From NCBI RefSeq assembly GCF_964188315.1, contig NC_135667.1, positions 14,694,001 through 14,758,000 of the forward strand: a stretch of 64,000 bases of DNA. The letters are read 5' to 3'. Under the pieces are notes generated by a model. It did not search any database. It was not told the origin of the DNA and saw nothing but the letters and a program-made list of their open reading frames with translations. The translations under genes and the position numbers were made by a program. Of this stretch, positions 12,901 through 25,000 are shown piece by piece (position 1 is the stretch's first letter; each line of letters opens with the position of its first letter). The DNA is from Podarcis muralis (Eukaryota).

Positions 12901-15900
12901 CAAACACAGCTCTGGAGAGATTCTCCAGCCTCTCCTCCCCTGTGCAGTTCCCGCTGTTTGGATAATACAGGCTATATCTTGGGAATGAACAGAAAAAAGC
13001 AGTGCACCAGAACTCCTTTAGAAAATAAAATGTAGACTGGAGAGGATTGATGGTCTCAAGAAAGTCCTGAAATCCTGGCACCTCCATGGTGTGGAGGGCG
13101 AATGACAGTGAGCCGTTGAATGATTTTTTGATTATTTTCTCCCCAGTCTGAACAGCCATAAAATCCCACTGAGCCGTAGTGATCCACACCCTTTCTAGAG
13201 GGTGCATTAAAAAGATTTCATTGGAATATAAAATCAACCGCAAACCTTCCAGAGACTGATTGTCTCCATAGACCAAAATCACATTGATTCCTGGCAATAC
13301 AAGAGTTTTCAGAACTGGTATCAATCTTTGTTGGATTGTCTCATCTGGTAATAGCCGTGTCACTGGAGGGATCACTACTGTCCAAGCTGGGCAAAGATTG
13401 TTCTGCAAAAGCTTTGGTCTCAAGTATCGAAGGAAAGTTTCTCCACTGTCATCACTGGAAACAAGGAGGCCAATCCAGTTCCATCCAAAATACATGAGTA
13501 GCTGAACAATGCCATCATACTGAGGATCTTCATTTGGGGCCAAACGGTACATAGAAGAGAAGTGAGTTTTCTCACTCAGCACTGGATCAAAGGAGCTGTA
13601 GCTGAGCTAATAGGAAAGATAGAACACTTTTAGAGTTCCAGCAGCCAAGCTCTTAATAATGAGATAGTGGAAGATCTTAGAGGGCAAATAGTACTTATGT
13701 TGTTCATCTTCATCCTACATGCTGGCAATAGTTCTTCCCAATCAAGTGTTAAGCCACAATATTTTACTCCAGCAGGAGCATCAAGACAATTTGAAAGCCT
13801 AACTCCGCACAGAATGCATTGCAACAGTCAAATCTTGGGGTCAAGTCTTTGCAGTCAGGCTACCAGTGACCAAGAACTTCGGTAGCTAAGAAACCAGCCA
13901 CAGCTGGGAAAAGACACTCCCAAAGATAGATCAAGATGGATCAAGGAACGCCTTCAGGCTAGAACCCTGTTCTTTCAGAAGCAGAGGAACCCCAACCAGG
14001 CAGGCAAATGACCAGCCTCTCAGGCACAGCCACCCACAGTCTGTCCACTGTCCCAGGATTCAAACTCAGTTTCTTAACTCTCATCCAATCCATGACTGCA
14101 TCCAGACATCCTTCCAGACCATACTCTGCCTCTTCTGACTCAGATGTTATAGAGAAACAGAGCTACTTATCGTTTGCGTACTTATGATGCTTTGACCCAA
14201 CACTCTTAATGACTGCTCCCAATGGCTTCATGTAGATTAAGACAGCAATGCAGCCAGCGCAGATCAAAATAGACTTGGCAAAACCTGCTTTCAGAGTGGT
14301 GGATGAAGCATACATGAGAGGATGGGTTGCTCTTTATATCCCTCCTTCTTGCTGTATCTGCCTACTTATACACATACCTGTGGGATCTTGTAGATATTTA
14401 AGATGTTGGATGTCTGAATGGAGTTTTGGGATGTAAGACACCCAATGACAGCCAGCACTTTCTTTCTCCTGACACAGTTGTAATTGGGGTAGTGCACTTT
14501 TCCTATGAAGAGTAGATCCTGAGTAGCCCCAGAAGTTCTCACGGCACTGAAATAATTATCAAGAACCTTTGCTGTCAGCGAGGTGTTGGGTAACAATTCA
14601 GGATTTTTGTTGACCTCATTCATGGCAAAAACAAACGCAAGGACATGTTGGTAGTTTTTGGGAATAATGCTGTCAATGAGATGGTCATACAATCTTTTAT
14701 TCTCACAACAGAGAGGCAGCCTGGGTTATGATTTCTACGTCTAAGTAAATTGGATATTTTCTCACAAAGTATCATATTGTTCTCACTAATGGTACAAAGG
14801 CTATATTTTAAGACATGATGAGTAGAAAGATGGAAATAGCAGCACCAGGAATTCCTAGTGCTGAGCAATGGCTAAGGGGGAAGTCCTAACTAAATCCCTG
14901 CCCTTCCGTGAAGTCCAGTCAGGCTGCCATTATGTTCCTGCTTACCTATAACTAAAGAAAAGGTAAAGGGAAACCTAACCCCACTGAACAAAGAGGAACT
15001 TCTTTTCAGTAAATAGGACTTGGCTGTCAGTGTTCCTGTGTAAAACATCACCTCTTTTCCTATCCTATGGGATAGTTGTTAAGATGCAACACAATTTTGA
15101 GCTTTACACAGGCAGCATATGCATATGCAGAAAATGATCCCTGGATCACTCTGTCATTCACCCTCCGGCAGCAAAATGTATGGGGCCAGCAAAGCCCATA
15201 GGAATGATTTTCTAGCTGCTGCCGACAAATCATGTTCATGAAAAGATACTCGCAGAGACTTCAGGAATTTCTAGTGCTGAACAATGGCTCAAGAGAAGGT
15301 CATCATTTAATCCCTGCCCTTCTATAGGACTTGGCTATCAGGGTTCCCAGATACAGTGTGTTTTTTGCTTATCACAGACAGCATGGAATTTAAAGACAGT
15401 TACAATGACTAAGGCACCCAGTTAAGGCTGTGACAGCAGCAGCATTTTCTATATGTAGAAAATGATGATGATTGGATCACCTTACCCTTTACCCTCAGGC
15501 AGCAAAATGTATTGGGCCAGCACTGCCCAGAGGAACAATTTTCTAGCTGCTGCCCATATATCAGCTTAAAAAAATCAAAAGAGACTAGCAGAGACATCAC
15601 TGAGAATGTTCCCCTTAAGAGGAGAAGGGGGCAATGAAAGAAGAGTCAGTCCAAGCAGCTGATTGTAACTAGCAATCTTTGTGGTGAAGCAGAGGGTTTT
15701 CATGTGATCAATGACGGCATAAATATATAAAAATGATATTACTTACTACCCCAGAGGACGAGAATATGGATGTTTTCTAAAGTCGCTTAAAGGAAAATTA
15801 GCAAGGCCAATGGATACAAATTCAGCAATTAAGATCTCATCTGCAGAACCTTCTGAGCTCAGCTGGTGGCTTATAGAATATTGCAGATACAACAGCAGTA

Positions 15901-15958
15901 GCAAGATCACCTGAAGCACTGATAAATCCTGCTCCAAGCCACAGCCCCACACTTGCAT
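6967..15958 (-). CDS. Vomeronasal type-2 receptor V2R-B, complete 6-exon gene (~867 aa)
   Basis: Exons 15747-15958, 14378-14669, 12770-13606, 9363-9590, 8519-8645, 6967-7874 total 2604 bp and stay open. VFT (IPKNYQH, WNWIG), Cys-rich domain (CCYDCVPCP) and 7TM ([26 protein letters not shown]) present; all introns GT-AG. Confidence 0.92.
8246..8373. mobile_element. hAT-type MITE (same family as 6192)
   Basis: caggcataggcaaactc...gagtttgcctata TIRs with ggactacaattcccatc core; shared with the copy at 23278. Confidence 0.7.
10158..10390 (-). mobile_element. BovB/RTE LINE 3' end
   Basis: gtcgtgtccgactcttcgtgaccccatggac...tttcccaacatcagggtcttttcc...catgaggtggccaaagta with a (CAA)n tail is the BovB 3' terminus pattern. 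Confidence 0.8.
10943..12653 (+). mobile_element. Rex1/Babar non-LTR retrotransposon, 5'-truncated, open RT frame (ORF 10939-12477)
   Basis: 512-aa open frame with [33 protein letters not shown], and C-terminal [25 protein letters not shown]; AATAAA plus (TATTC)n tail; absent at the equivalent site 26015-26025. Confidence 0.88.
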
Positions 15959-16439
15959 GATGTCCTTCTCCACTCACTGTGACCCCCAGCAGCAATTTTC
16001 GACTTCTGAGACAAGTTACACAAAGCTTCACTCTAGAAGTTATTCACTAGTGCACCAATTCCACCATGGGGCGTTTGGGTGGAAGGACCTACAATCAAAG
16101 TCTGGGCTGACAGAGTTGTTCTTGTCTGTTGCCATGAGTCTAATACTACCTGGCTGAATTATACACACATCATGGTTACGCTGTTTTTGATATTGGTGTA
16201 AAAAGTGGAAATAAACGAGGCACTAGTTTAATGCAGCTTCCCAAAGTGACCTTGCTAATTACTGTCATTTCAGTAATTACAGGGTAATGCACCTTTTCCA
16301 CCAAAGTCCACAAGTATGAGCACAAGCAAAGAAAAATAATTTGTTTCCATGCCAGAGCTACAATTTGTGTCGTTCCTTTGCTTCATCCAAGCACATTCCT
16401 TCCTATAGGGTCCCAATGCTTCATCGTCTAACCACAGCC

Positions 16440-16705
16440 ACCCACCAACCAGACCCCTCTGGTTACTTCATAACAGCATTATGATATCACCCATTTTAGC
16501 TTCAATTCTTTTCCTAATGATCCCTATCATGGAATTTGCCTTTTCTACGGCTGCTTCACACTGACTCCATATCTTCATCGAGCAATCCATTATGACTCCA
16601 AGGTCACATACCTGGTCTGTCACCTCCAATTCACACCCCTGAGCATATATATGGAATTTATATTTTTTTGCCCCAATTTGCATCATGATACAATCAAGGA
16701 AAGTC
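16440..16705 (-). mobile_element. Old CR1 ORF2 fragment
   Basis: DLGVIMDCSMKIWSQCEAAVEKANSMIGIIRK matches the CR1 RT C-terminal motif; also at 29830-30096. Confidence 0.75.
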
Positions 16706-16711
16706 ATAGTA

Positions 16712-16937
16712 CAGTGGTACCTCGGGTTAAGAACTTAATTTGTTCTGGAGGTCCGCTCTTAACCTGAAACTGTTCTTAACCTGAGGTACCTCTTTAGCTA
16801 ATGGGACCTCCCGCTGCCACTATGCTGCCGCCATGCGATTTCTGTTTTCATCCTGAAGCAAAGTTCTTAACCCACGGTACTATATCTGAGTTAGCGGAGT
16901 CTGTAACCTGAAGCGTCTGTAACCGGAGGTACCACTG
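16712..16937. mobile_element. Tc1/mariner-type MITE
   Basis: TIRs CAGTGGTACCTC / GAGGTACCACTG, TA target duplication. Confidence 0.88.
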
Positions 16938-17202
16938 TACCACTCCACTGTGCCTTGGTCAGACCACAAATGGCAGGGTGACTCAAACCCATGCCACTGG
17001 AGTAGGGAATGTCTTTCAGTCCAAAGACTCTGCAAAGTATCGTGGTTAACATCTGAGTGAGGCCAAAGCTTAAAAAGTATACAGACAATAGAAACAGATT
17101 TAGTAAATGTATTTTAATGCTCTCTTGCCGAATTAACAGACACATATAAACAGATCATGAGCCTGCCTCATGTAGTGGACAAGGAATCATAGACTTAGAA
17201 TC

Positions 17203-17733
17203 ATAGAATCATAGAATCATAGAGTTGGAAGAGACCACAAGGGCCATCGAGTCCAACCCCCTGCCAAGCAGGAAACACCATCAGAGCACTCCTGACATAT
17301 GGTTGTCAAGCCTCTGCTTAAAGACCTCCAAAGAAGGAGACTCCACCACACTCCTTGGCAGCAAATTCCACTGTCGAACAGCTCTTACTGTCAGGAAGTT
17401 CTTCCTAATGTTTAGGTGGAATCTTCTTTCTTGTAGTTTGGATCCATTGCTCCGTGTCCGCTTCTCTGGAGCAGCAGAAAACAACCTTTCTCCCTCCTCT
17501 ATGTGACATCCTTTTATATATTTGAACATGGCTATCATATCACCCCTTAACCTCCTCTTCTCCAGGCTAAACATGCCCAGCTCCCTTAGCCGTTCCTCAT
17601 AAGGCATCATTTCCAGGCCTTTGACCATTTTGGTTGCCCTCCTCTGGACACGTTCCAGTTTGTCAGTGTCCTTCTTGAACTGTGGTGCCCAGAACTGGAC
17701 ACAGTACTCCAGGTGAGACACAGTACTCCAGGT
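17203..17733 (-). mobile_element. Young CR1 LINE 3' end
   Basis: [33 protein letters not shown]...[14 protein letters not shown]; (ATTCTATG)-type tail; 11-bp flanking repeat GACTTAGAATC; absent at ~31685. Confidence 0.92.
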
Positions 17734-18239
17734 GACTTAGAATCCTAGAGGTTTGGAGTTGGAAGGGATTCCATTTGTCATCTAGTTCAACCTGTTGCAA
17801 GGCAGGAATCTCAAATAAAGGAGCCATGACAGATGGCCATCCAATCTGTGCTTGAAGGAAGGAGAGTCCACCATCTTCCAAGCGAGTTTGATCTACCAGG
17901 CACAACGAGTTGGGCCCAACATGGGGGGGGGGGCATATTTTGAGGAATAATTCTGTGTGAGTGTATATTCCTTGGCAAAGGAAAAGTTAAGCACATGTTG
18001 AGAGTAGCATGCAATTGTCTCCATGCAAAAGATCTCACCTCTCCAAGAAACGATGTGTTAGAGGGTCATCTGTGGGGTAGCCACACATAGGGATTCCCAT
18101 TAAACATGTCACAGAATCCTACAAACATCTTATGATATTGTTTTGTTGCTTCCAACTTTAAAAAAAAACCACACAGTTTGAAAAACGTTGTGGGTTTTCA
18201 TATGAAAGCAAAACATCTGTGGGGTACCTTACTTTTAAG

Positions 18240-19178
18240 AAGTCCTATAGCATTTGCCCCTATTCATTAACAGAATTTGGAGCTTACTCGCAGTTTTTTC
18301 TCTGAGAAGATAAATGAGTGTCTTTTTCCTGGCTTTTATGGAGTTGGGTTGAAGGAACATATTGGAAGGGTCTGGAAAAGGTAGCTTAGCTTTTGGAGTA
18401 TTATCATTTCACTCACGGCTATTTCATCTGAGAGGGTGAAATTGGTTTTACTCCATCTCTTCAGTTCTTGGATGAATTTCTGCCAGAGGGGAGAGTACTT
18501 TTGAAGATATACCAGTAGTTTGTGGAGGTTTCTAGTTATTTGTACCCCTTGGTAAGCGACTGCATTAGCTTCTGTCTTTTCTTCTCCTTTAAGCCTTCTA
18601 GGTTACAGACACTGGAGAGACCTGTAAGTAGTAAACGTGAGCCAATGGTATCAAATTTTATGGGAAACGGCCTTGTTAGAAAAGCTAACCAATAAACTGA
18701 AACTGACACTGGGACAAATAGAAGAGGATGCCTTCACCCCAGTATGGCTCCCCTTTATCACATACACAGCCCAACAAGGCAATGACTAGAATCCACCGAC
18801 AGCATTCAAATCCATCTGGCTTCCCTGATACAAAGGCAAACAAACCGCACTGCAGCCAACCACAGACAAGGCACCACACCCTCTCCCCCATAATACATCT
18901 TACTACCAAGGAATTGTAATAAACAATTAGAAAGAGAACCTACCCAGTTGATGCTGACACAAAGCCCTGCAGGTACACTTGGCAAAGGAATATGTCTCCC
19001 CACCCCACCCCTGCTCTCCGCCCTCTTCTTCCCCAACCTTATACTGTACTCAACTCTAATGTCTCACAACAAATGTAACTGCTTTCTAAGAAAGACTGTA
19101 CAACCTGGGGGGAAAGACAAGGCATGTACTTTTGTAAACCAATAAAATCTTTATTATTATTTTTAAAAAAAAAGACAT
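18240..19178. mobile_element. L1-clade fragment with 5' inversion (minus RT piece ~18240-18630, plus 3' end ~18635-19178)
   Basis: Minus piece reads YQGVQITRNLHKL...LSYLFQTLP; plus piece reads WYQILWETALLEKLTNKLKL followed by a 3'UTR, AATAAA and an A-tail. Confidence 0.65.
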
Positions 19179-19300
19179 CTGAAGGCAGCCCTATATCAGG
19201 AGGTATTTAACGCTTGATGTTTTATGTTTTAAGATATGCTGAAATCCGCGCAGAGTGGCTGGGGAAACCCAGCCAGATGGGTAGGATATAAATAATTAAT

Positions 19301-19344
<44 letters not shown>
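19175..19344 (+). mobile_element. L2 LINE 3' end with (TTG)n tail
   Basis: catctgaaggcagccct...cagagtggctggggaaacccagccagatggg matches the 3' end of the L2 at 52114-54033. Confidence 0.8.
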
Positions 19345-19350
19345 ACTAGT

Positions 19351-19799
19351 TGAGGATATTTCACCCCTACCATTGCAAGAATCTGCTGATGTTTCAGAAA
19401 GGAGGGGGCGGATATTGCTCATTACTTATTCCGCTCCAGCCTGACTTCAAAGGGAGTCTGAGTGTTATCTGTGTATAGATAAGGTCGCTGCTCATGCAGC
19501 TGTAACACTCAGTGCAGTCCAGCGTCTCCATTTAGTCTGTAGTTAGTTTGTATAATAGCTGTAGAGAATAAAAGAAGTTATTCTACAGAAGCTGTCGTTC
19601 GTGTGGTTCATGCTCTGCTGTGCTCCGCTGACTACTGCAAGTGAGTTTGGTGCTCACAGCTCTGAGTTGTGAGTTCACAGCACTTAGACCTGCTTCCTGC
19701 ATGGAAGGTCTCTGGAAGTGCTTTCCAGCTCACCTGGCCCAGTCGGGGCTGAAGAGGTTGAGCCCAGTTGGTGGCACTGGCTCAAAGGCGAAGCTGACA
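19351..19799 (+). mobile_element. Solo LTR (449 bp)
   Basis: TG...CA termini, 5-bp TSD CTAGT (19346-19350, 19800-19804), internal AATAAA; empty site in copy 2 at ~33742. Confidence 0.8.
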
Positions 19800-21256
19800 C
19801 TAGTTTCAGTAGACAAAACTGAGCTGTTTGCACATTCAAGTACATAGAGATGCTGCGTCCAATGGAGTGCTCACTACAGCAGCAAGAGACTATCAGAATG
19901 AATAACACCAAGTATTTTCATATTATTTTACACTTCCCAATCATTTCAGTGCTTCCTGCAGAATGTTCTTGTTGACGGGACTTAGTATATGAGATCTGTG
20001 TGTCTCCTGTTCACTCATCCCTAGCGACATCTCAATCCACCATCTACAGTGACCATATGATGTCCCACCACCTCCCATTGGGCTGCCTCTGATGGCATTG
20101 GGCATCACACCTGTGTGTTAAGTTTGGAGTCATGAAATGAAAAGATGTAGATGACATAAAAATAGGTAGTGTGCATGGAATACATCACTCTTCTTCAACC
20201 TTGTGTCTCCAGAGGTTGTTGAACTACAACTACTTTCATTCTCAGCAAGCATGGGCAATAGCCAGAGATGATAGGAGCTGAAGTCCAATATTATCGAGAG
20301 ACCCAATGCAAAAGATGCTTTGACTTCTATGGGGAGAGACAAGAACCACATGTGTGAGGGTATCTGAGGGAAGCAGAAGGAGGGAAGGGTTGCCTGGCAT
20401 GCTCTTATTCTTATTCTTGTTCTTATTCTTATTCTTATTCATTATTCTATACCTCCCTTCATCTGAGAATCACAGGGCAGTTGACAATATAAACAATGAA
20501 GGAGTGCGTAAACATCTAGCTTACAATGAGGGGATATAGCTCAGTAGCAGAGCTCAGCTTTCCATGCATAAGGACACAATTTAATTGCTAACACCTCCAG
20601 TTCAAAGAGCCCCAGTTGAATGAGAGAAAAACACGTTGAAGGGCAAGAGAGAATTTTTGCTACTCAGGGTAGACTGTAGTTAGATAGAAGGGCTAATGGT
20701 TTGAATCAAAGGAAGGGATATGTACATCCACAATCCTCTTTCTACACCCTGCACAAGTTTCACATTATATCAATTCAGAACGTGGTTGGGAGGCAGTGTA
20801 ACTTTACCCTGACTTAACTTACACCGGCTTACTTCACACCAGCTTCTTGTGCATAGAATGGCTCCCTCAAATCTCCTTGGATGCAAATGCAAGATAAGCA
20901 TTTTCAGTGGCTACACCAAGGTTTTTGGAATTGCCTCCCTCAGGTGCCATACTTTCCCCCACACCTCTTCTGGCTTTCCTTTATCAGATGTGCCTTCCTT
21001 TCTCCATTTTTTAATTGATATTTTATTAAAAGATTTTCAAAGGGAAAATGTGGTAATAGAAAAAGAACTCTCATGGTATTGTTGGTGTTTTGATGTTTAT
21101 TGCACACTTTCATTTATCACATTATACTTTGCCTTTTGATGACATTTCTTGTCCTAAGTCATTTAGTTGCGAAAGAGGAATGCAAATTTCCTTAACAAAC
21201 AGATGAAGTAGTCATAAATCTTGAATGCAGATGTAAAGCTATAACGGTCTCTAGAA

Positions 21257-21392
21257 CAGGCATAGGCAAACTCAGCCCTCCAGATGTTTTGGGACTACAA
21301 CTCCCATGATCCCTGGCTAACAGAATCAGTGGTCCGGGATGATGAGAATTGTACTCCCAAAACATCTGGAGGGCCGAGTTTGCCTATGCCTG
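21257..21392. mobile_element. hAT (Charlie-type) MITE, full length
   Basis: TIRs caggcataggcaaactc / gagtttgcctatgcctg; TSD ctctagaa/ctctagag. Confidence 0.8.
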
Positions 21393-22046
21393 CTCTAGAG
21401 TATTGAAGATGTAACATAAATAAGGACTCCATGTTGACACTAGTCTTCTGCTTTCATTGCACATCAACTAAGCCACCAACAACCTTGGGTGAAAAAAAGG
21501 AGCCAGTTTAGGAAGGCTTCTCAATGTTAGGAGCGCCCTACTCTCATGTAGGACCCTGCCAGAGACACATGCCCGACTGACATGTTCTCTCCCTCCTAGT
21601 TGGTTATTCGGGAGCTTCAGAAGCTTTCTTCATCCCAAAGATCACAGCGACTGATACCAAAAGGCATTAGCACACTTAGGGATACGTAGAGTATTCACAG
21701 TTTGCGTAACAGTAGCACAGCATTTTGGCTAGTCTACTTTTTTTACATTTAATACACTAGGGACATTCTAACTTAGCTCCTTCCACTTTCTCATCAGACA
21801 GCAAAGAGAAAAAGAACAAAGGACAATAGTCCCACATCACGGAACACAGTAACACAAACATCCTGTCTCCATCACTTCCTACACTGTGGAATGAAAACAT
21901 ACATTGTCATGTGATAGAGAACGATCTCATGACTGCAGACATGGAGCGGGAATCTCAACATCTACCATGATTAGCCAGTATCTCCTTACATTGGGACATC
22001 ATGTTTCCCAATTCACTCCTTCTCAGGAGGAGGTCAAGTTCCTGCC

Positions 22047-25000
22047 TCAAGCACTGTTTGTCTTCCTTACTAAGTGCTCTCTGGTATTTAGGTCAGGCCT
22101 TAGGAAAAGTATGTATAACTTAGGAGAAAAAATGAAGCCCAACAAACTAGCACTAGAAATCAAGATGGAGAAGACCTCCACGGCCACCATGTATTTCCCT
22201 TTGGTGCTCAGGTAGGTGGGCACAAAGGACACCCAAACACTGCAAAACACCAACATGCTGAAGGTGATGAGCTTGGCTTCGTTGAAGGTATCAGGCAGCT
22301 TCCTTGCTAGGAAGGCCACAGTGAAGCTGGTGATGGCTAGGAGACCCATGTAACCCAGAACAATATAGAACATGACATCGGAGCCTTCGCTGCATTTCAC
22401 TATTATCTGACCAACCTGAGAATGTGTGTCCAGTTCTGGGAAAGGAGGAAAGGTGCTCAGCCACACTACACTAATGACCGTTTGAATGAGAGAACAGAGA
22501 ATGACGACTGAAACGGCTAGCTTCTTCCCAACCCATTTCCTCATCTTGTTCCCTGGTTTTGTGGCCATGAAGGCCAGAACCACAATGATTGTTTTGGCCA
22601 ACACACAAGAAACAGCCATGGAAAAGACGATGCCAAACGTTGTTTGCCTCACAAGGCAGGTCACCTTCCCGGGCATGCCGATAAATAAGAAGGAGCAGAG
22701 AAAACAGAGCAACAGGGAGATGAGGAGGGTGCAAGTGATGTTCCAGTTGTTGGATTTGACAATAGGAGTATTGCAGTGCAGAATGAAGGCTGCCATCACT
22801 GCAATTGTGAAAACCGAAAGGCAAAGAGCCAGGGAAACCAGAACTCTTCCCAAGGGCTCCTCATAGGATAGGTAGCTGATGCTTTTGGGAATACATTTGT
22901 CCTGGCTGTTGTTTGGATACTGATCTTCTGGGCAGTCCTCACATTGGTCTGCATCTGAAAGTAATGGAATCCAGTTTGTTGAGTCTTCAGCATGTGCAAC
23001 GGTTGTTCTCTCAGGGCGTTATATGTCAAAGAGGATTGGCAAAAACCAATTCAATATTTGTCTTTGTCTTTAACGTTTTTTATTTTTTCTTGTTTTTTGC
23101 ACAACACAGAACTAATAATAATAATAATAAATGTTATTAAAAGATTTTTAACTTGTAAATTTTATTAACTTACTTGTACCAAACCCAATCCCAATTCAAG
23201 TTCCATACTCCAGTCTTCTCTTTTCGCAGCAAAGTGCAGAGAACAGCTCATTGGCTGGTTATGGAGATCATTTACATCAGGCATAGGCAAACTCCGGCCC
23301 TTCAGATGTTTGGGACTACAATTCCCATCATCCCTAGCTAATAGGACCAGTGGTCAGGGATGATGGGAATTGTAGTCCCAAACATCTGGAGGGCTGGAGT
23401 TTGTCTATACATTCTGCTCTGCTAACAAACTTAATGGACATGTACCAGAATGATTCAAAGGTGTTTTTCTTTTTCTGCCCATGGCAACCCTTAAGCTTTG
23501 TGCTAATTTTTGAAGCAAAGCTTCAAAACCCAAAAAAGTTTCTTTTCTTTTTTGCCACATAGCTCTATTTTTCTTCACTTACCCATCTGGATTGAAATCC
23601 TCCCACTTGGGCATGGTACACAGTCATAGCAACAGATTTGCTCCCCCTGCTTGGGAAACATGCTTTGTCCAGGATAGCAGTGCTCCACACATGAGGAACT
23701 GGGCGGGGTCTAATAGGAACCAGAAGAAAAGGCATTCAGAATAGAATCGGAACTTCTTTTTTAACACTAGTCTAAGTCTTACTATCATCTTTATGGCACT
23801 CTAACAAAGCACATTCTCAGGAGTCAGCATTTGGGTGCATTGTGGGGTATATGCCAAGGTCTTAGCATAGCGGTTGTCAGCCCATGTACTGCCTTTCCTC
23901 CAAAGCAACCTAGTTTCAACACACACCAACTTCTCTACCCTTATCCAATATCCAAGGAAGCAAGAGGCATTATCATAGAGCAAGGACACAAGGCAGGGCC
24001 AGTAGAAGGTGTGGCTGGGAGGGTGGGGGCCTGGGAAGAGTCTCAAAGACCCAATAGAAATGCTTGAACTTCTGGTTTCAGGTGTGCTCACCACTGGGTG
24101 CAACCCCCTGGAAACCATGAGAGGCAGTGGGGTGCTGTGAAATATTTCGTAGCAAAAGTCTGAGCAAGCCAAGGAGCCTTTGAGAGAGCAGTGGATGCGT
24201 AGCAGGGAGCTGTTTGCATTCCAATGGTCCCACATTTAATATTGAGCATCTGCTGGTTGGGTCATTTCTCCTGTGAGAGCACTGTTGAATCCTCCTGCTT
24301 CAGGGGTGAGGAAGAGGTCTGGATATGTTAATAAATTTACCTCCGCCATCTTGTGAGTCTCCAGGCTATTCTCACAAAATGAATATCAGTGAATGTAAAG
24401 GAGGAGAAGGTGGAGATCATTCTCACCTGATGAAACTTGTGATTCCACACAACAGCGCTGCCATTCATGGTGAGCTCCTTCCCTGAAGGACTCAGGGGGT
24501 CCACCCATCCAACTTGGGCTCTCTGGAAAGACTCGTTGGGGAAAGTTACCAAGCTGATGAGATCATATCCAGCTGCCAAGCCCCCATTCACATCAAAATA
24601 GATTTCTTCCCCAGCACTATTGTTAAAGTGGACGTTTCTCAGAAAAGGGTGAAGCTAGAATCAAAGAGAAATATTGAGCAGACAATGGGAAATGGATTAA
24701 TGTTTTTTTCTCTCAAATGAGCCCAAGTTGTGTAAAATAACTGCATTCCTCAGGTGTGTGTTTCTGAAGTATTTGAAGGTAGTGCTATTGTTTCATAAGA
24801 AAAGAAAAGGATCCTTGCTGTATCAGACCAAAGGCATGTCTAGTTCCAGGGAGAGTGAAAGCTCAGGCCTGAGGGTGCTAGTGGGGACAGAGAAACAACT
24901 TACTAGCAGCATAGTCATCATTTGCAATCATCTTTCTCTCACATAATTTATAATGCTCGAAAGTGTGTCTGACACAAAGGCCCAAACACACCCTTTGGGG

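Larger units (their letters stand above)
5724..20780. repeat. Tandem segmental duplication, copy 1 (contains V2R-B)
   Basis: Colinear with 20782-34701: starts gtggttggga..taactttaccctgactta and ends caattcagaa in both copies. Confidence 0.9.

Noticed and set aside
20532-20600. tRNA-Ala-like sequence gggatatagctcagtagcagagc... (also ~34452-34520, ~38795-38860)
   Set aside because: T-arm/B-box and acceptor stem are degenerate; it is a decayed SINE head, not a tRNA gene.
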